Shown in pieces: positions 41,421 through 54,810 of a DNA stretch of 64,000 nucleotides (within the stretch, counting starts at the first letter, position 1; each line of letters opens with the position of its first letter). Source of the DNA: the human T2T-CHM13v2.0 reference genome, Homo sapiens. The stretch lies in NCBI RefSeq assembly GCF_009914755.1, contig NC_060935.1; one strand, given 5' to 3'. The position numbers and the translations under genes were made by a program. The notes under the pieces are model-generated. The model was not told the origin of the DNA. It saw nothing but the letters and a program-made list of their open reading frames with translations, and ran no database searches.

Positions 41421-42659
41421 CATAAATTCTATTTTAGATTTAAAAATAATTCTTCCATATATACTATTACTAATATTAATACATTAATTTCCAATTATTT
41501 GACACCCACTATGCCAAATACCCTACTAAACCCTTGGAGAATACCATTTAATTTAATTCTGACATAACCTTATACTGAAGCCATTATCCGTGCTTTATAA
41601 ATGAGAGAAGTAAAAATAAGAGAGTTTAGGGCAATGTTTCTCAAAGTGGATTCAAATCAATTGGTCTGGAATGAGGCCTGGGATTCTGCATTTCTAACAA
41701 ATTCCCAGCCTTAGGGAACTTGGCTTTAGGGATTAACAGAATTGACCTAAATTGTTCATCTGATGCAGAGCTGCTGCTTATAATGTACTTATAACATATT
41801 TTTAACCAGCTATATTTCATTGTAAAAAGTTTTGCTTCTTACAGCTGAGTTTCTTCCTGCGGTATCTATCCTATGGCAATCCAGCCGTTGCAGGAAGAGC
41901 AGCCTATTTCATGTTTTCTGTATATTACTCCATGAGTGTGGCCTAATACTTGGACTTAATACATCTCCTATAACTGTTCCTTCCTTCTGGCTACCCAATC
42001 AAATCACAAGTCCAAGTTCTGCTTTTAGAACCTGTTTCCTTGACTGTGGTAAAGGCCATGAAATTTTTCCTTCTCTGCCCAGTCTCTAAGGATCAAATTC
42101 AAGGGCTTCTCTAGATTGCCTAAGTAATTGCCCACCCTTTCTCACCATTCCTTTCTCTTCTGTCTTTCTAGATTAATTATCACATACAAGGTGTGGAGGA
42201 GTAAAGAACTCACTGTTCCCTCTATACTCTCACCTCCTACCCTATTCCCTACCATGCCTTTCTCACTTATATTCTCACTCATGCCATTCATTATTCTTGG
42301 AACAACCTTTTACTTAAAGTCTACCTTCTTTCCTCTTTTTCAAAGGTTTTCTAAATCTCATCTCCAACATTAAAGTCTTCCAGAAATAAAGCCAATGATA
42401 ATCATCTTCCCAAGGCTGATGAGTGATGAGTAACTCTCACATTTTTCATCCCACAAACCACAAACATAGAAACTTTCTTTAATGAAAATGTCTATTTAAT
42501 TACTTGAGGCTTTTCTATAAATTTTTTCCTTCTACAGCTGTGTATATTATAGATTCATGATGTTAAACCTGGAAGCTACCTTAGATTTGATATGATTTCA
42601 GCAAAAACTCAGTACAGTGTTCTGCAACTAGGTAATTAAGCATAACAAAACATAGTTCA

Positions 42660-42860
42660 TTCCAGTGGTAGGTTTAAATTCCAACCCCCACTAGCTATGT
42701 GTCCCTGAAGAAGTTACTTAACATTGTAATATCCTTAGATTTATTTTTCCATCTGTAAAACAAGAATTTAAAAAGTTACCAAATGCTAATACCATTGTGA
42801 AGATTAAGTCAGAAAAGCAATGCTACATGCATACCTGCATAAGTGCGTGCCAAAGGTTGA
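42660..42860 (+). mobile_element. MIR
   Basis: ctagctatgtg...aagttacttaac...catctgtaaaa...ttgtgaagattaa. Confidence 0.65.
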
Positions 42861-43907
42861 AAAAATAATGCTAAAACAAAATGTTAATAGCAAAGTTTAT
42901 GAGAAAAATTGCTGGGAACAAAAGTGGTTCAGCACTCATTTACCTCTGTTTCCATTCAACCATATTGAAATTAAAGCATTTTCAATTTCAGGCTTTGAAA
43001 ATAATGGTATAAAAGGAAGTAGCTGCATTTTTGGGACTCAAGGTAATAGGATATTCAAATCTTTCTTTGGCCTCTACAGTTAAGGTGCACCTGTCTTTCA
43101 ATATTGGTAGAGGATATATGATCAGAGAGCATTCAAAGCTTTTTAAATCCAAAGGAAGGACAGAGCAAGACGGACTTGAATGTGTAACCTTCAATTAGTC
43201 TAATTAAAGGAATAATAGTGACCATAAGGCATCATTAGAGCCACTGCAGCCCTAAGTTCACCTTCAGTTCCACGGATATTGGAGTCATCTCCTAAAGTTG
43301 TCCTATAAACTTTCAAAGGGAAAAATCGGGAAAAGAGAAATGAAATAGTTCTTACTATAGTCCAGACTTTCTTTTACACAATTTAGAGCTCTAATAGCCT
43401 GTTTGATGTAACCATCTTTAATTATAGGTACCTGAAATTGGGCACTTCTAAAACAGAACTTCTCATCTCCTTCTAATCTTTCTCTACCTCCCTTGTTCTC
43501 TTAAAATCATTGGCTCTGCTTCCGCAGCCAGGGCATTTGATGTCATTTTTTATACTAACCCCCTCTATATCCCATTCTTTCTATTTAAACCATATATAGA
43601 GTATCAGTTATATCTAGAGATTTTTTAAGATCCATTTCCCATATCTATCTCAATGGCCAATGTGTTAAATCCCATCCCTCATCATCTATCACTTGAAAAA
43701 CTGCAACTACAACCAAATGCTCTGGGTGCAATTCAGTTTTCTAAATTGTCACAAATTTTTACTCCGTAAAACAAGGATGATTTTATCACCCTTTGGACAA
43801 TATTTGCTACTGGATCTTTGTCTTTTGGATTAGACCTCACTTTTCTAATTAGCAGGGAAGGTCTTCTGCAATCGGGCACAGCACAAAAATCTGTCTCTGA
43901 TAATGTT

Positions 43908-44167
43908 ACATAATGATCAGCGAAGAACAGTGAACTGAGTCTTAAATACTAGAAACCACACATTTGCAGATTATTTTTGTTGTTTTTTAAATTATTTTTA
44001 TTATACACAAGATTCATAAGTCTTTATCAAACACATAATCATCAGCCAACTGAACTGAGTCCCAGATACTAAGAATCAAGGATGTGCAGTTATTTTTATT
44101 TGGTGTTTTTTTTTTTTTAGTTTTTATTATAAAGACTAAAGTTCCATAGGTCTTTATAAGAAAACAC
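43908..44167. repeat. Diverged two-copy tandem duplication (~125-135 bp unit)
   Basis: acataat.atcagc...tgaactgagtc (43931 and 44051)...tgcag..atttt...ttttattata...cata.gtctttat...aaacaca occurs twice. Confidence 0.75.
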
Positions 44168-47100
44168 AGAAAATTTGAACCAAAACAAAACCCCAAGAAG
44201 TCAGAGTGCAAAAGTTTACTCGTATAAATATTGGGTAACATTCACTTTTTAAAAGGATGTAAGGTCTGTATTAGTTGCCTCTGGTAGGTTGACTATCAAA
44301 GCATTTAGTTCATGTTTTTGTGTATCTATCAAGTGTTCTCAGTCTTTGTGGAATATATGCTTTTGTGGGTTAGAAAATATTTTAATTTCAATTGGTTATC
44401 TGGTAAGATTTTAACCAGACACAGGAAATTTCTATGTGTGCTATTTGATAATAAAAGAAAACTTCTTAGCTTTAGGGAATTATTTTACTTTAAAAATTGC
44501 TAGATAAAATATCACAAGAAAGAATAGTTTCTTGGCCTGCTTCTATGAAAACTTCTTTGGGTGAATACATTTGCAGAGACATATAAAAGCATTCATTAGA
44601 AGTGAATCATGGTGTACTTTCTTCAAATAATTTTCCATTCAAGTGACACTTAATTCATAGTTTATACATTCAGGGCCAATAACTACACAATCCACATTCC
44701 ATAAGGAGTACCAAAAATGTATAAGATGCTCTAGGCTTCCTGAAAATCGAGCATATTATGTCTACACAGATGATAAGAAGAGGAGTGAAATGGTGAGATT
44801 GTCAGCATTCCTTTGATGTCTTTTAAACAAAGATCCTATTGAATGTTGACTCATTTTCACTCCATGTGATCTTATGGAAGAAAAATGTTGTTTGGGTCTT
44901 GAGATCTTAGGCATGCAATGAAACTAGATTTCATTCAAACACTTTTTTCATTTTTGTAGTGGAAATATTTTTATTCTTCAGATTTCAGCCTCATTAAATT
45001 TTCAAGCTACAAAGACACATAAATAGCATTCAGTGAATTTCTAACTGTATGACAGTCTCAATAATTTCAAGAGGTCTTCACTAATTTACTATTCTATGCA
45101 GTCAAAGTAGAAAATTTATCTCCTGTAAATTGTTTAACTGCTAATGCTGGATACCACTGAGGACAGCTATCTTCAATATGTTTTTAAATGCAGAAAACAT
45201 ATTTTCCTAAAAGAAATAAACAAGGACTCAATTACTCTGTAAAATTATTCATTTGCTGGGAAGTACCATCTTACCTCCATTCATATACCATTTAGAAAGT
45301 AGGTTTTTTATGTTTTTATTTTAATTGCTCTTCAGTTGGCCTGTTCAAATAGATTCTCCATTATGTAGGTATTCCCCTGAGATGGAAAGTTAAGTGTTTT
45401 GTTATATGTGTTTAAGTCTTTCAGGCTACCAGAAGGATAGCAAGAGTTTGGGAGAGCTGTTGAAGGAAAGGTTCTTTATGGTGGGGCTTATTTAAATTAC
45501 AATAATTTTATTTTCTTGGGACTTCTTCAAGGACATGTCAGGTAGACTGAGAATTACACATCTGAAAAAAGAGAGACAGAAAATAGAAGAGTAAATATAG
45601 CAAATGAATATTCCCATGGAACAGAAGTATTGTTACATAATATTTGCAGATAATTTATTCTTAATATTTATCAAAAGTTTTCTGCTTAACAAGTGTGAGG
45701 TTTTGGTTTTCAACCCAACTATCTCTTCCATAATCCCACAGTTTTTTTAAAAAAGAATTATGAAGAAGAGGTAAGAAAGGCTGTTTCTTTCCCTTTAGAC
45801 CTCTCCTGTCCCCAGACTTCATAGAATGAAGCCTACTTAAACTCCTTTTCGAATCTATAAGGGAACTGAGCACCTCTCTGACATTTCCTAGTGGAACAAT
45901 GAGAAGAGCCTTTTCCCTCTGGACATCTGCACATGCATCTGAATGTATACAGAAGAGCCAAATATGCCATGTAATATTAATTACAGTGAGATGGGGAGGG
46001 AAATATTTCTAGTGATACTCCAAATAAGGCATAGAAACCCCAGCAACACTAACTACAATACGCCCTTGACAATACAGATATCAACAAACAATTTATAATA
46101 TGTTGAAAAGGAAGCAATCTAGTGGATGATACCAATCATTAAATCTTCCCTAAACATTAAGTCAGGACAATTCCTTTATGAAATATTGTGGTGAGAAATA
46201 CAGTGACCATGATGATAGTACAAACTACAGAATATACAAATACAATTCCAATAGATTCCATGAGATTCCAGAGGTCCTTAACAATGGTCACAGAGAGGAA
46301 ATTATGAAAACTACTACTGATGGTCTGAACAAGAAGATGTTGCTGCTTGATTTTAAAGCCCTTTGTGTTAGACAACAAACTGTCGTCCATATCAGGCTTT
46401 TAGGATCAGGTTTCCCACAGCAAGAGCTGTTTGATCATAAGATGCAGCTTTAAACTTGCCATCTGTTGTCAGAACCAATCTCAACTGAAGCCGAAGTTTT
46501 TGTTTTTTACTTTTTATTTATTTTTCGTCAGTAGTACAGTGTACCTTGGTTCAGTCCATTCTTTTAAACTCAGATAAATTTGAGTTTGGCTATCAGACTT
46601 GGAACTCACTGCTTGCTTTGTTTTGAGTAATTTACTTGTCCATACTGAGTTATGGCTTTTTCATCAGTCAAGTGGAGATGGATGGCAACTCTCTTAGGGA
46701 TTTTGGAAAGAGTAAACCTAATTCCTGAACAGCAGTAGTAATGACAATTCTGCATCAGTTATCTTTATCTAGAGCAAATCTTCTACTCAAATATGAAAGT
46801 TGGGATATCACCTCACTTCTGAGCTCTAAGCCATACTTCAATACTTATAAATGGTCTTGTTCCATGGTTTTTACCCGTATGAACCTGTTTTGCTGATTTG
46901 CTTCGGACCTGGATTCCTTAGTATATGGAACCCATCCTTTAACTAGAAGTTCCTTGTTAGAACTAGACCTCAAACTATGACATGCCTTATCTAGAATTCC
47001 CTTAAGTAGAAGACAGCAAGGCAATAGCCCTGATGAGTTGCTGCATATAAGCTTTCCTATGTGCTGACCTAACCTACTGTTCTAAGATGGTTCCTGATAA

Positions 47101-47389
47101 CTCATATGAATTGTGCCTAGTTATTGCTGTGTTTCTTGGGCACTAGACTTTGTCTGCCAGCAGAAACTCTTGCTTAACTCCTCTTGTTTGGCCAATTCCC
47201 CCAGAATCTGTCCTTTCTGGTGAGTAGGTTTAATTTCAGGGCTACTCTCTAGGCCAGTAATATTTTATTCTGAGAGGAACAGGGAAATGCATGGCTGAGT
47301 TCCAGGATATGAAAGCACAGGTCCTTGACAAGATGTTAGGAGAGTGAGTTGACTTCCAACAATGAAAATATAATAGAATAATGATCATT

Positions 47390-47610
47390 ATCGATGGAAT
47401 AATTTCTAGATATATTGTACTTGCTGCTTCACAGATACTATCTATAAGCCTCAGAATAAACCTAAATGGTAAATATTATTCTCATTTCACAGATAAAAAG
47501 TATTAGGTTCTAATACACTAAGTTACTTGCCCAAGAATAGATTGTTAGTAGAAACCAAAATTGAATTCAAACAATTCTGAGTCAAAAATCTATATTCTTT
47601 TTACCACGTC
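47390..47610 (-). mobile_element. MIR
   Basis: tctcatttcacagata...aagttacttgcccaag. Confidence 0.6.
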
Positions 47611-47822
47611 ATGGTTCCTTACACATTATCATGAATTAGGCCACTATTTTGATGCTGTTAGAGAAAAATTCTAGGATCCTTGATAGTTTTGGTTAACATA
47701 ATGAAGATATTCTTTTTCAGAACAAAGTAGACAGTTTACACTAATATCTATCGCCAATATCTATGGAGACTGGTCTTTAGTTCACTAACACTAACAATTT
47801 GAGTGTTTCCTTTAACTTGAGG

Positions 47823-47915
47823 ATTATATTTATATAATTATATAATTATAACATATAATTATATAATTTGTATAATTATGTAAATTATATTTACATAATA
47901 ATATAAATGATATTA
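47823..47915. repeat. AT-rich low-complexity (tataatta)n tract
   Basis: direct inspection. Confidence 0.85.
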
Positions 47916-48984
47916 TGGTGGCTGTTTCACAGTAAGGCTTTCTTGAGCTTGGTGGCCTTTGACATAATTTGGTTATATTTTTACGTGTTTAAATTGGTCA
48001 AAGCATCCTTCTCTAGCCACAGCCCCTATTTCTGCACATAACATCAGTCCCTTAATTTAATGCCCTTCTAGAAAGTGACCCTAGGAAATAGAATTAATAG
48101 GTATAACGATTGGAAGAATCAATGCCTTGTTTATAAGTCTCCATCTTCAGAATAAAGTTGGGGAACTGAGGCAGTTATTTCTATGAATTGCCCTCCCACT
48201 GGGACTGGGGCTGAAATCACTAGCACCCTATCTCTAGTTTGCATATGCTGACCTTGGTTAATACCTTTATTGGAGCTGCTTTGTATTTGTCTGGATAAAG
48301 GGGCACATCATGGAGCATACATCTTAACACTATTATTCATCCTATTATAAATGATGCTAACAAATGTGAAGGAGGGGCCCACTTAGGATGTATTCATGAC
48401 ACACTCCTTTTCCACCATCCCACGTCTGCCCGCCTTGACATTTCTGATCCAAGCTATGTAGTAATTCTTCTCCTCATCCTATGTTTTCCACACATTCTTT
48501 TAGATCAGTACACAGATGCTTTTACTTCTCTGAGTTTGAGAAAATAAATCATACTCCCACACCCATCTATAAAAGATTATTCAAGGTCATGACGATAACA
48601 ACTCTTTCTTCCTGTACAAGAAAGAATACCTTTGCTTTCTTACAATGAATCTTCTTTGGTGTTTGTCTTAAAACACTCTTGGGGTAAAAAAAAAAAAAAA
48701 TAGATGGAGTCTCCATTGCTATTCATGATTTCAAAATGGCCTGCTATATGACCTAACCCAAAATATCTTAAGAGCCTCCCAGGTGCATTATAACATCTAG
48801 ACTAGTTAGTTCTTAACCCTGGATGCACATAATAATCACCTAAATCACATTAAAAATATTTTTTAACCTCAGGCTCTGAGGTTTCATATTCTGATTAAAA
48901 TAATCTAGGCTAGGTCCCCAGCATGATTATTTATTAACATTTTCAATGTAAACCAGGTTGAAATGCATCTAGACAATATGACAC

Positions 48985-49200
48985 AGGGGTTATTAACACA
49001 GACTTCATAGTCAGGCAGACTGCAGGTTGGATCTTAGTTATCTCATCAGCTATTAAATCCTGGGAATTTGCTTAACCTTCTTCAGCTTCAGTTTCTTCAT
49101 CTATAAAATGGCTTGATGATGCTCAAAAGTTGCTATAGAAACAGAATAAGAATTAATATAACATACTTGAATGCCTGGTACTTAGTTATTTCTCAATGCA
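48985..49200 (+). mobile_element. MIR
   Basis: ttgcttaacct...cttcagtttcttcatctataaaatgg...gcctggtacttag. Confidence 0.7.
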
Positions 49201-49411
49201 TATATATATATATATATACACATAAACATACATACATACATATATATGCAATATATATACATACATATATATGCAATATATATACATACATATATATGCA
49301 TATATATACATACATATATGTATATATATACACATATGTATGTATATATACACATACATATATATGCATATATATATGCATTGAGAAATAACTATATATG
49401 TATATATGTAT

Positions 49412-49448
<37 letters not shown>
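49200..49448. repeat. Compound (TA)/(CA)/(TACA) microsatellite containing an inverted flank copy
   Basis: direct inspection; 27-bp perfect inverted repeat at 49183-49209 and 49368-49394. Confidence 0.95.
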
Positions 49449-49449
<1 letters not shown>

Positions 49450-49921
49450 TTGCTATGTGATTAGATCTTTCAGGATTTTGAGATGTATGTCTAAGATAAT
49501 ACACGAAGCAGGAAACAAGTATTTTTGCTGACTAAAATTTTACTTAAATCTCCAAATTCAAATGTATCACAAATATTAATGATAATAATTGAGAACATTT
49601 ATTCACTACCAAAGTATGTGACAGGGTCTGTGTTGAATGTTTTACATGAATTACATTTTCAACCTGTTCAAAATTTTAAAATCTGTTTTACTACATATTT
49701 AAAACAGAAGACATCAAATTTGAGAGCTTACAATCTTTTCTCAAATTATCTAATATGAAGAGTTGGGATTTGAACTTAGGTCTATATAAATCTAAACTCA
49801 GATTTTTAACCTTTACACTCTGTTGCCACCAAAGCAACAGATCTGCATAAGATTTACACAGGCTTTTTAAACTAATCACCCTTTCTCATTGCCTCTCTGA
49901 CTAAATTCAGATAATAAAAAC

Positions 49922-50630
49922 CACAGTCAGCTTCATAGGTTGTAACCACACAGTTATATACACAACTATATAGGCTGCCATGCTCAAAGGGCCCCACTCT
50001 TGGGATATAATTCTTTGCAATTGTTACCTTGAAATTCTTAATAATTTCATTTTTTAATTTATGTTTTATAAGTGAACTCTGATAGTCCAATGGAGGATAT
50101 ACTTACATAACTTATATTTCTGTTTTCTACCTTTTTTTTTTTTTTTTGAGATGGCTTCTTGATCACCCACTCTTCACCCTATGTTGCATGGACTCTACCT
50201 AGCTTCTCCTTGCAAGTTCCCCCTACTTCCTCCCCATCTCCTACATGGGTGTCTCAGTCACATTAATTGGGGAGAAGGCCTGTATTTCATGCCAACTTTT
50301 GCCCTTGGCAGGGGCCTGAGTATGGGTACAAGAGAGTCAAATTTAGGCGTGCACCCTACTGCATCTCTGAGGAAAGCAAGGAGGCAGTCATCCTCAATCT
50401 TCCCTGAAAATGTCATGGCTCATTCAGCAGGAAACTTAGTAGAGGCTCTTACCCACCATTTTTCCAGGTACCAAGTGTCTCTTGATGGAAAAGTTGCAAT
50501 ACCTTAGAGGTCACTCATCTGTTTTGGGTTGGAGTAGCAGCGTGGCAAGGGGAGATTTACTTCCCCAACCCCGACTGGAGACCTGCATTTTCATTTTACA
50601 TTGGCCCCTCAAATTATGTAGGTAGCCCTG
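49922..50630 (+). mobile_element. MER115/MER91-family hAT-Tip100 element
   Basis: cagcttcatagg...aagggcccc...cttgaaattcttaataattt...cattttcattttacattggcccctcaaattatgtaggtagccctg; degenerate 8-bp TSD ataaaaac/atgaaaat. Confidence 0.75.
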
Positions 50631-50759
50631 ATGAAAATAAATGACAAAATACAGAAAAGTTCCACAAGGAGCCAGTGGGGTTTGGTGTATTTGGAAAGGA
50701 ACAAGGCAAGGTGAAGCTACCCAAGCCTGGTGAGACCCAGGCTGGATAAGGTGTGTCCA

Positions 50760-51005
50760 AGAGTTTGGAATCATGGGCTCTGGAATTTAAAATATTCTTG
50801 CTATAAATCCCAGCTTTGCCCTTATTAGTTGTGTGATATTGGGTAAGTAACTCACTATCTCTAAATTTCAGTTTACTCTTCTATAAACTTAGCATAATAA
50901 TTACACTAACCTCATAAACTTGAGATAGGATAAAATAAGACAATGTGTGTGAAACAGTTGTTTACCAGTGTCTGGGACAAAGTAAGCACTGGATAAATGT
51001 GGTTT
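50760..51005 (+). mobile_element. MIR
   Basis: aatcccagctttgcc...tgtgtgatattgggtaagtaactcac...agtaagcact. Confidence 0.7.
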
Positions 51006-53240
51006 TTGCTAGCTATTTTAATTTTCTTCTTGACTGAATATCTCTGGGTTGGGGCCATGTTTGTTGCAATGACTTGGCCCTGTAAAGAAGAAAAGACTGC
51101 TAAAATGAATGCCCCTTCTTATCCCTCAACCCATACTTTAGGTCCTACTGAACCCATATAAACCTATTTTATTTTCTCAATCAGATGTAAGAAAATTGTA
51201 GTTTCTTATATTAGCCATCTCAGAAAATAGATCGTGTCTGAAATTAGAAGTCTGGGTTTGCTTCCCTTCTTTACACTCTCTGAAATGCCATAATTGTAGT
51301 GGGACAGAAATATTGAAGGAATAATTGTCTTCCATCCTCTACCCCAATAAAACCCACATGAACATCCACATATTCTCCTTCCTTCTTGCTCTCCTCATTC
51401 TCTCCTGGGATACCCATTCCCATACACATGCTAATGTTCTTTGAAACATTTAAGATGCATTTCCAAGTGACAGGAAGTGCTACCATACAAAAGCATCATC
51501 TTTTTTTTTCTTTTATGTTAATCTCCAACACATTAATTGGTTGAATTGATTTTCTGGATTAGGAAGGAGGGTAGTTAGTTATGCATTAAAGAAAGATTGA
51601 TAGGATTGCACAATTGTTTGTGTTTCAAAACACAATTTTCTCAGAAATAAATATATAGGATATTGAGGAGCCTAGAAAGATCAAGGAGTACATTTCTTGC
51701 CTTAATTCATCTAGGAAAAGATATAGTTTTCTGCATGAGAAATTACATTAACAGTTGTTAGCTAGTAAGTCATCCAGAGGAAGTGTGGGAGGAAAATAAG
51801 GACAGAACGAAATCTAATCCCATTAATAATTGAAGTTAAAACAATAGTATCCCTCTTTGCATTTAAAAATTTAACAGACTTTTTTCTTAAAACTATTATA
51901 ATTTTTTTTGGAGAGGGTAAGTTGAGGTAGATACCCTTATAAATTACTAGTGAAAACATAAACTGTGAACCTTTCTGAATTGTAACATAAATATATTTCC
52001 AGAGCCTCAAAACTCTTAGGGCCTTCAGTTACAATTATTCTAATCTAGGAATGCTGTCTCAGAAAATTATAGGAAATCTGGACAAAGATCTATACACCAA
52101 AATGTATGTTTGTACCATCATTTATAACAGTAAATAATTGACCACAAGCTGAATTTCAAAATTTAGGAGATAAATTATTTTTAGTTCCTCTCCTCTAATT
52201 TCCCCACTAGCAGTTCTACCCTTCCCTTTTCACTCACTGGATATTACTACCTCTTCTGATTTGATAATGTTTTTCTGAGGGAGAAGAGGCAAATGAGAGG
52301 AAGATTCAACATTACTGGCATAACCTGCATTTGCTCCTCTCTGAAAGGCATTTGTGGGCTATGGGAATATGACTACCATTGGGGATCTTACACCTTTCTT
52401 CCTTCTGGGAGGCATTTAGTTACTGAAAGTCCACTTGACGAAGACTGTTGGAGATCCCATTACTTTTCCTGGATTACACTTATGTCAATTCTTTATTAAA
52501 TGGGTATAGGAAGACTGTTATATGGTCCATATTTTGTCCATAAGAAGTATATATCCTTTCCCCTGAAAATTCTAGATATCCTTAACTTCCCCAATAGAAT
52601 CACCTTTCCTTTTCCCACCTTCACAGTAGCTACCAAGACCAAGTCTCACAATTTTAGCCTTTTCTAGGAAAGAATTTGGCATCAGTTGAGGTACCCCTGT
52701 AGACACTAGTGAACACAGATCAAGATGACCAAGTGGTCTTATGGAATTGTCTCTCATTGGTCTTGAAGGGACATGGAAACACCCCCTCCTTGCTCCATGA
52801 AAAACGATTTATAGTCTTATTGCAAATTGTTTTTCCAGATAATTTTTTCTCTCAGATTTAACCTCAATTCTTTATCCTTGAATGGGTGCTAAGCTAAGGT
52901 TGAAAACAAAGATATGGTTTACCTCCTTTGTCAATTTCTACAATGATAGTGTAGCAATGCCTTTGGAATATTAGAGTAGGCGGCAGCAGTTATCTTTCAA
53001 GTTCTGCTCAAATTGAGACTAAAATAGGCTTATTTTTGCGTTCTGCTACATTGTGCAACATTAATGGAGGAGATACACAGTAGTATGCAGAACACAAGAG
53101 ATGTATCAATTCAGACCTAGCATCAGGGACGACTTTCTCAAGGATACAATCCCTAAATTGAAAACTAAAGTATAAGTACAAGTAAGCATGAATGGAGCAA
53201 TAGTGAGACCGGAAAAGGACCAGCATTAAAAGAGAATATA

Positions 53241-53547
<307 letters not shown>

Positions 53548-53555
53548 AGAATATA

Positions 53556-54030
53556 GTGGGAAAGCAAAATGGTATGGCCACTTTGGAAAACAATTTGGCG
53601 ATTTCTTACGAAACAATGCAAATGTTCCTTACCTGTGAATGGAAAAACTGTGGTACATCCATACAATAGCATACTACTCAGCAATAAACTGGAACACATT
53701 ACTGATACAAACACTGACATGGATAAATCTCAGAAGTATTATGCTAAATAAATGTATCCATATTCAAAAGGTTCTACGCTATTTGATTCTATGTATCTGT
53801 CTTTCTGGAATAAAGAAAACCATAGGAACAAAAAACTGATTATTGGTTATCAGGGACTGCAGGTAGGGGGAGGGGCTGACTAGAAAAGGTCATGAAGGAG
53901 TTTTGGGGTGACAGAAACGTTCTACATATTGCTAATGTTGGTAGCCTTCTGTACTCATTTATCAAAGCTATAAATTGTACAGGGTAAAAGGTGAATTTTA
54001 CTTTATGTAAATTATAACTCAAAAAAGAGT
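53556..54030 (+). mobile_element. Old L1M (MB/MC/ME) 3' end
   Basis: ccactttggaaaacaatttggc...ctgtggtacatccatacaat...tatgtaaattata. Confidence 0.75.
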
Positions 54031-54039
54031 TCCTTCGAG

Positions 54040-54550
54040 ATACTGAAAAATAGTTAATACAGAAATTAAATGAGAAGCAAGGAGTGTTAAACAATGAAGC
54101 AGGAAAGATATATGGGTAAGAGGTCATTAAGTTGTTGTAAATTATGCTCAGAAACCGAGACTTTATCCTTTAGATAATGGTGAACATTGAATGGTTTAAC
54201 TTGATTGCAAACTATTTAGAGGGATCACTCAGCCAGTAGAGTGAAAGCAGGAGGACTAATTGAGATGTTAGGCAGAAATGTAGTAAACTTGGTAGAATAT
54301 ATTGCTTTCCTGAATTAGAAAAGTATGGGAATTTATTCATTGTTTACTCAATGTGCAAAATGTCTATTACATTACAGACACTGAGCTGGTTCCTTGAGAT
54401 AAAACGGTCAACAAAAACCACACACATACTCAGCCCTCTCTGAGATCACAATCTGCTGGTGAAGACAGTATTCACATAAGCAAATACATAATTTTATCTA
54501 TGGTAAATTCTATGATAAAAAGATATTATGAAAGTGTGTACTAATAGGGA
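54040..54550 (-). mobile_element. L2 fragments
   Basis: gactttatcct...ggatcactc; cagccctctctgagatcacaatct. Confidence 0.5.
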
Positions 54551-54551
54551 C

Positions 54552-54810
54552 TGTGTTAGACATAGTTACTCACCTAAAATCTATCTTCCCTCTCTTAATA
54601 ACAGAATCTCTGTTTTTGTTTAGGGCACCTATGTGTTAGCATTTAAATAACAGGATTTCCTAGCTTTCTTAGCAGTTAGGGCTGGTCATGTGACACAATT
54701 CTGGCCACAAATATATAAGTGGAAGGATGTTGGATATTTCTAGGAAGATTTTGCCTTCCCGATTATAATCTCTCCTTGCTGCATCCTTTCCTTTTCCTGT
54801 CTAGCACATG
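54552..54810 (+). mobile_element. MLT1J-like LTR 5' fragment
   Basis: gcagttagggctggtcatgtgacacaattctggcca. Confidence 0.6.

Noticed and set aside
46157-46453. Overlapping 77-aa (hydrophobic C-terminus) and 91-aa ORFs in unique-looking DNA
   Set aside because: No recognisable homology, splice context or retrocopy hallmarks; length is compatible with chance.
49113-49504. Several Y/I/H/M-rich ORFs on both strands
   Set aside because: Translations of the TA/CA microsatellite.
50132-50154. poly(T)+gagatgg resembling a tiny Alu 3' end
   Set aside because: No TSD, and the following bases continue the surrounding MER115-like element; more likely a T-run expansion.
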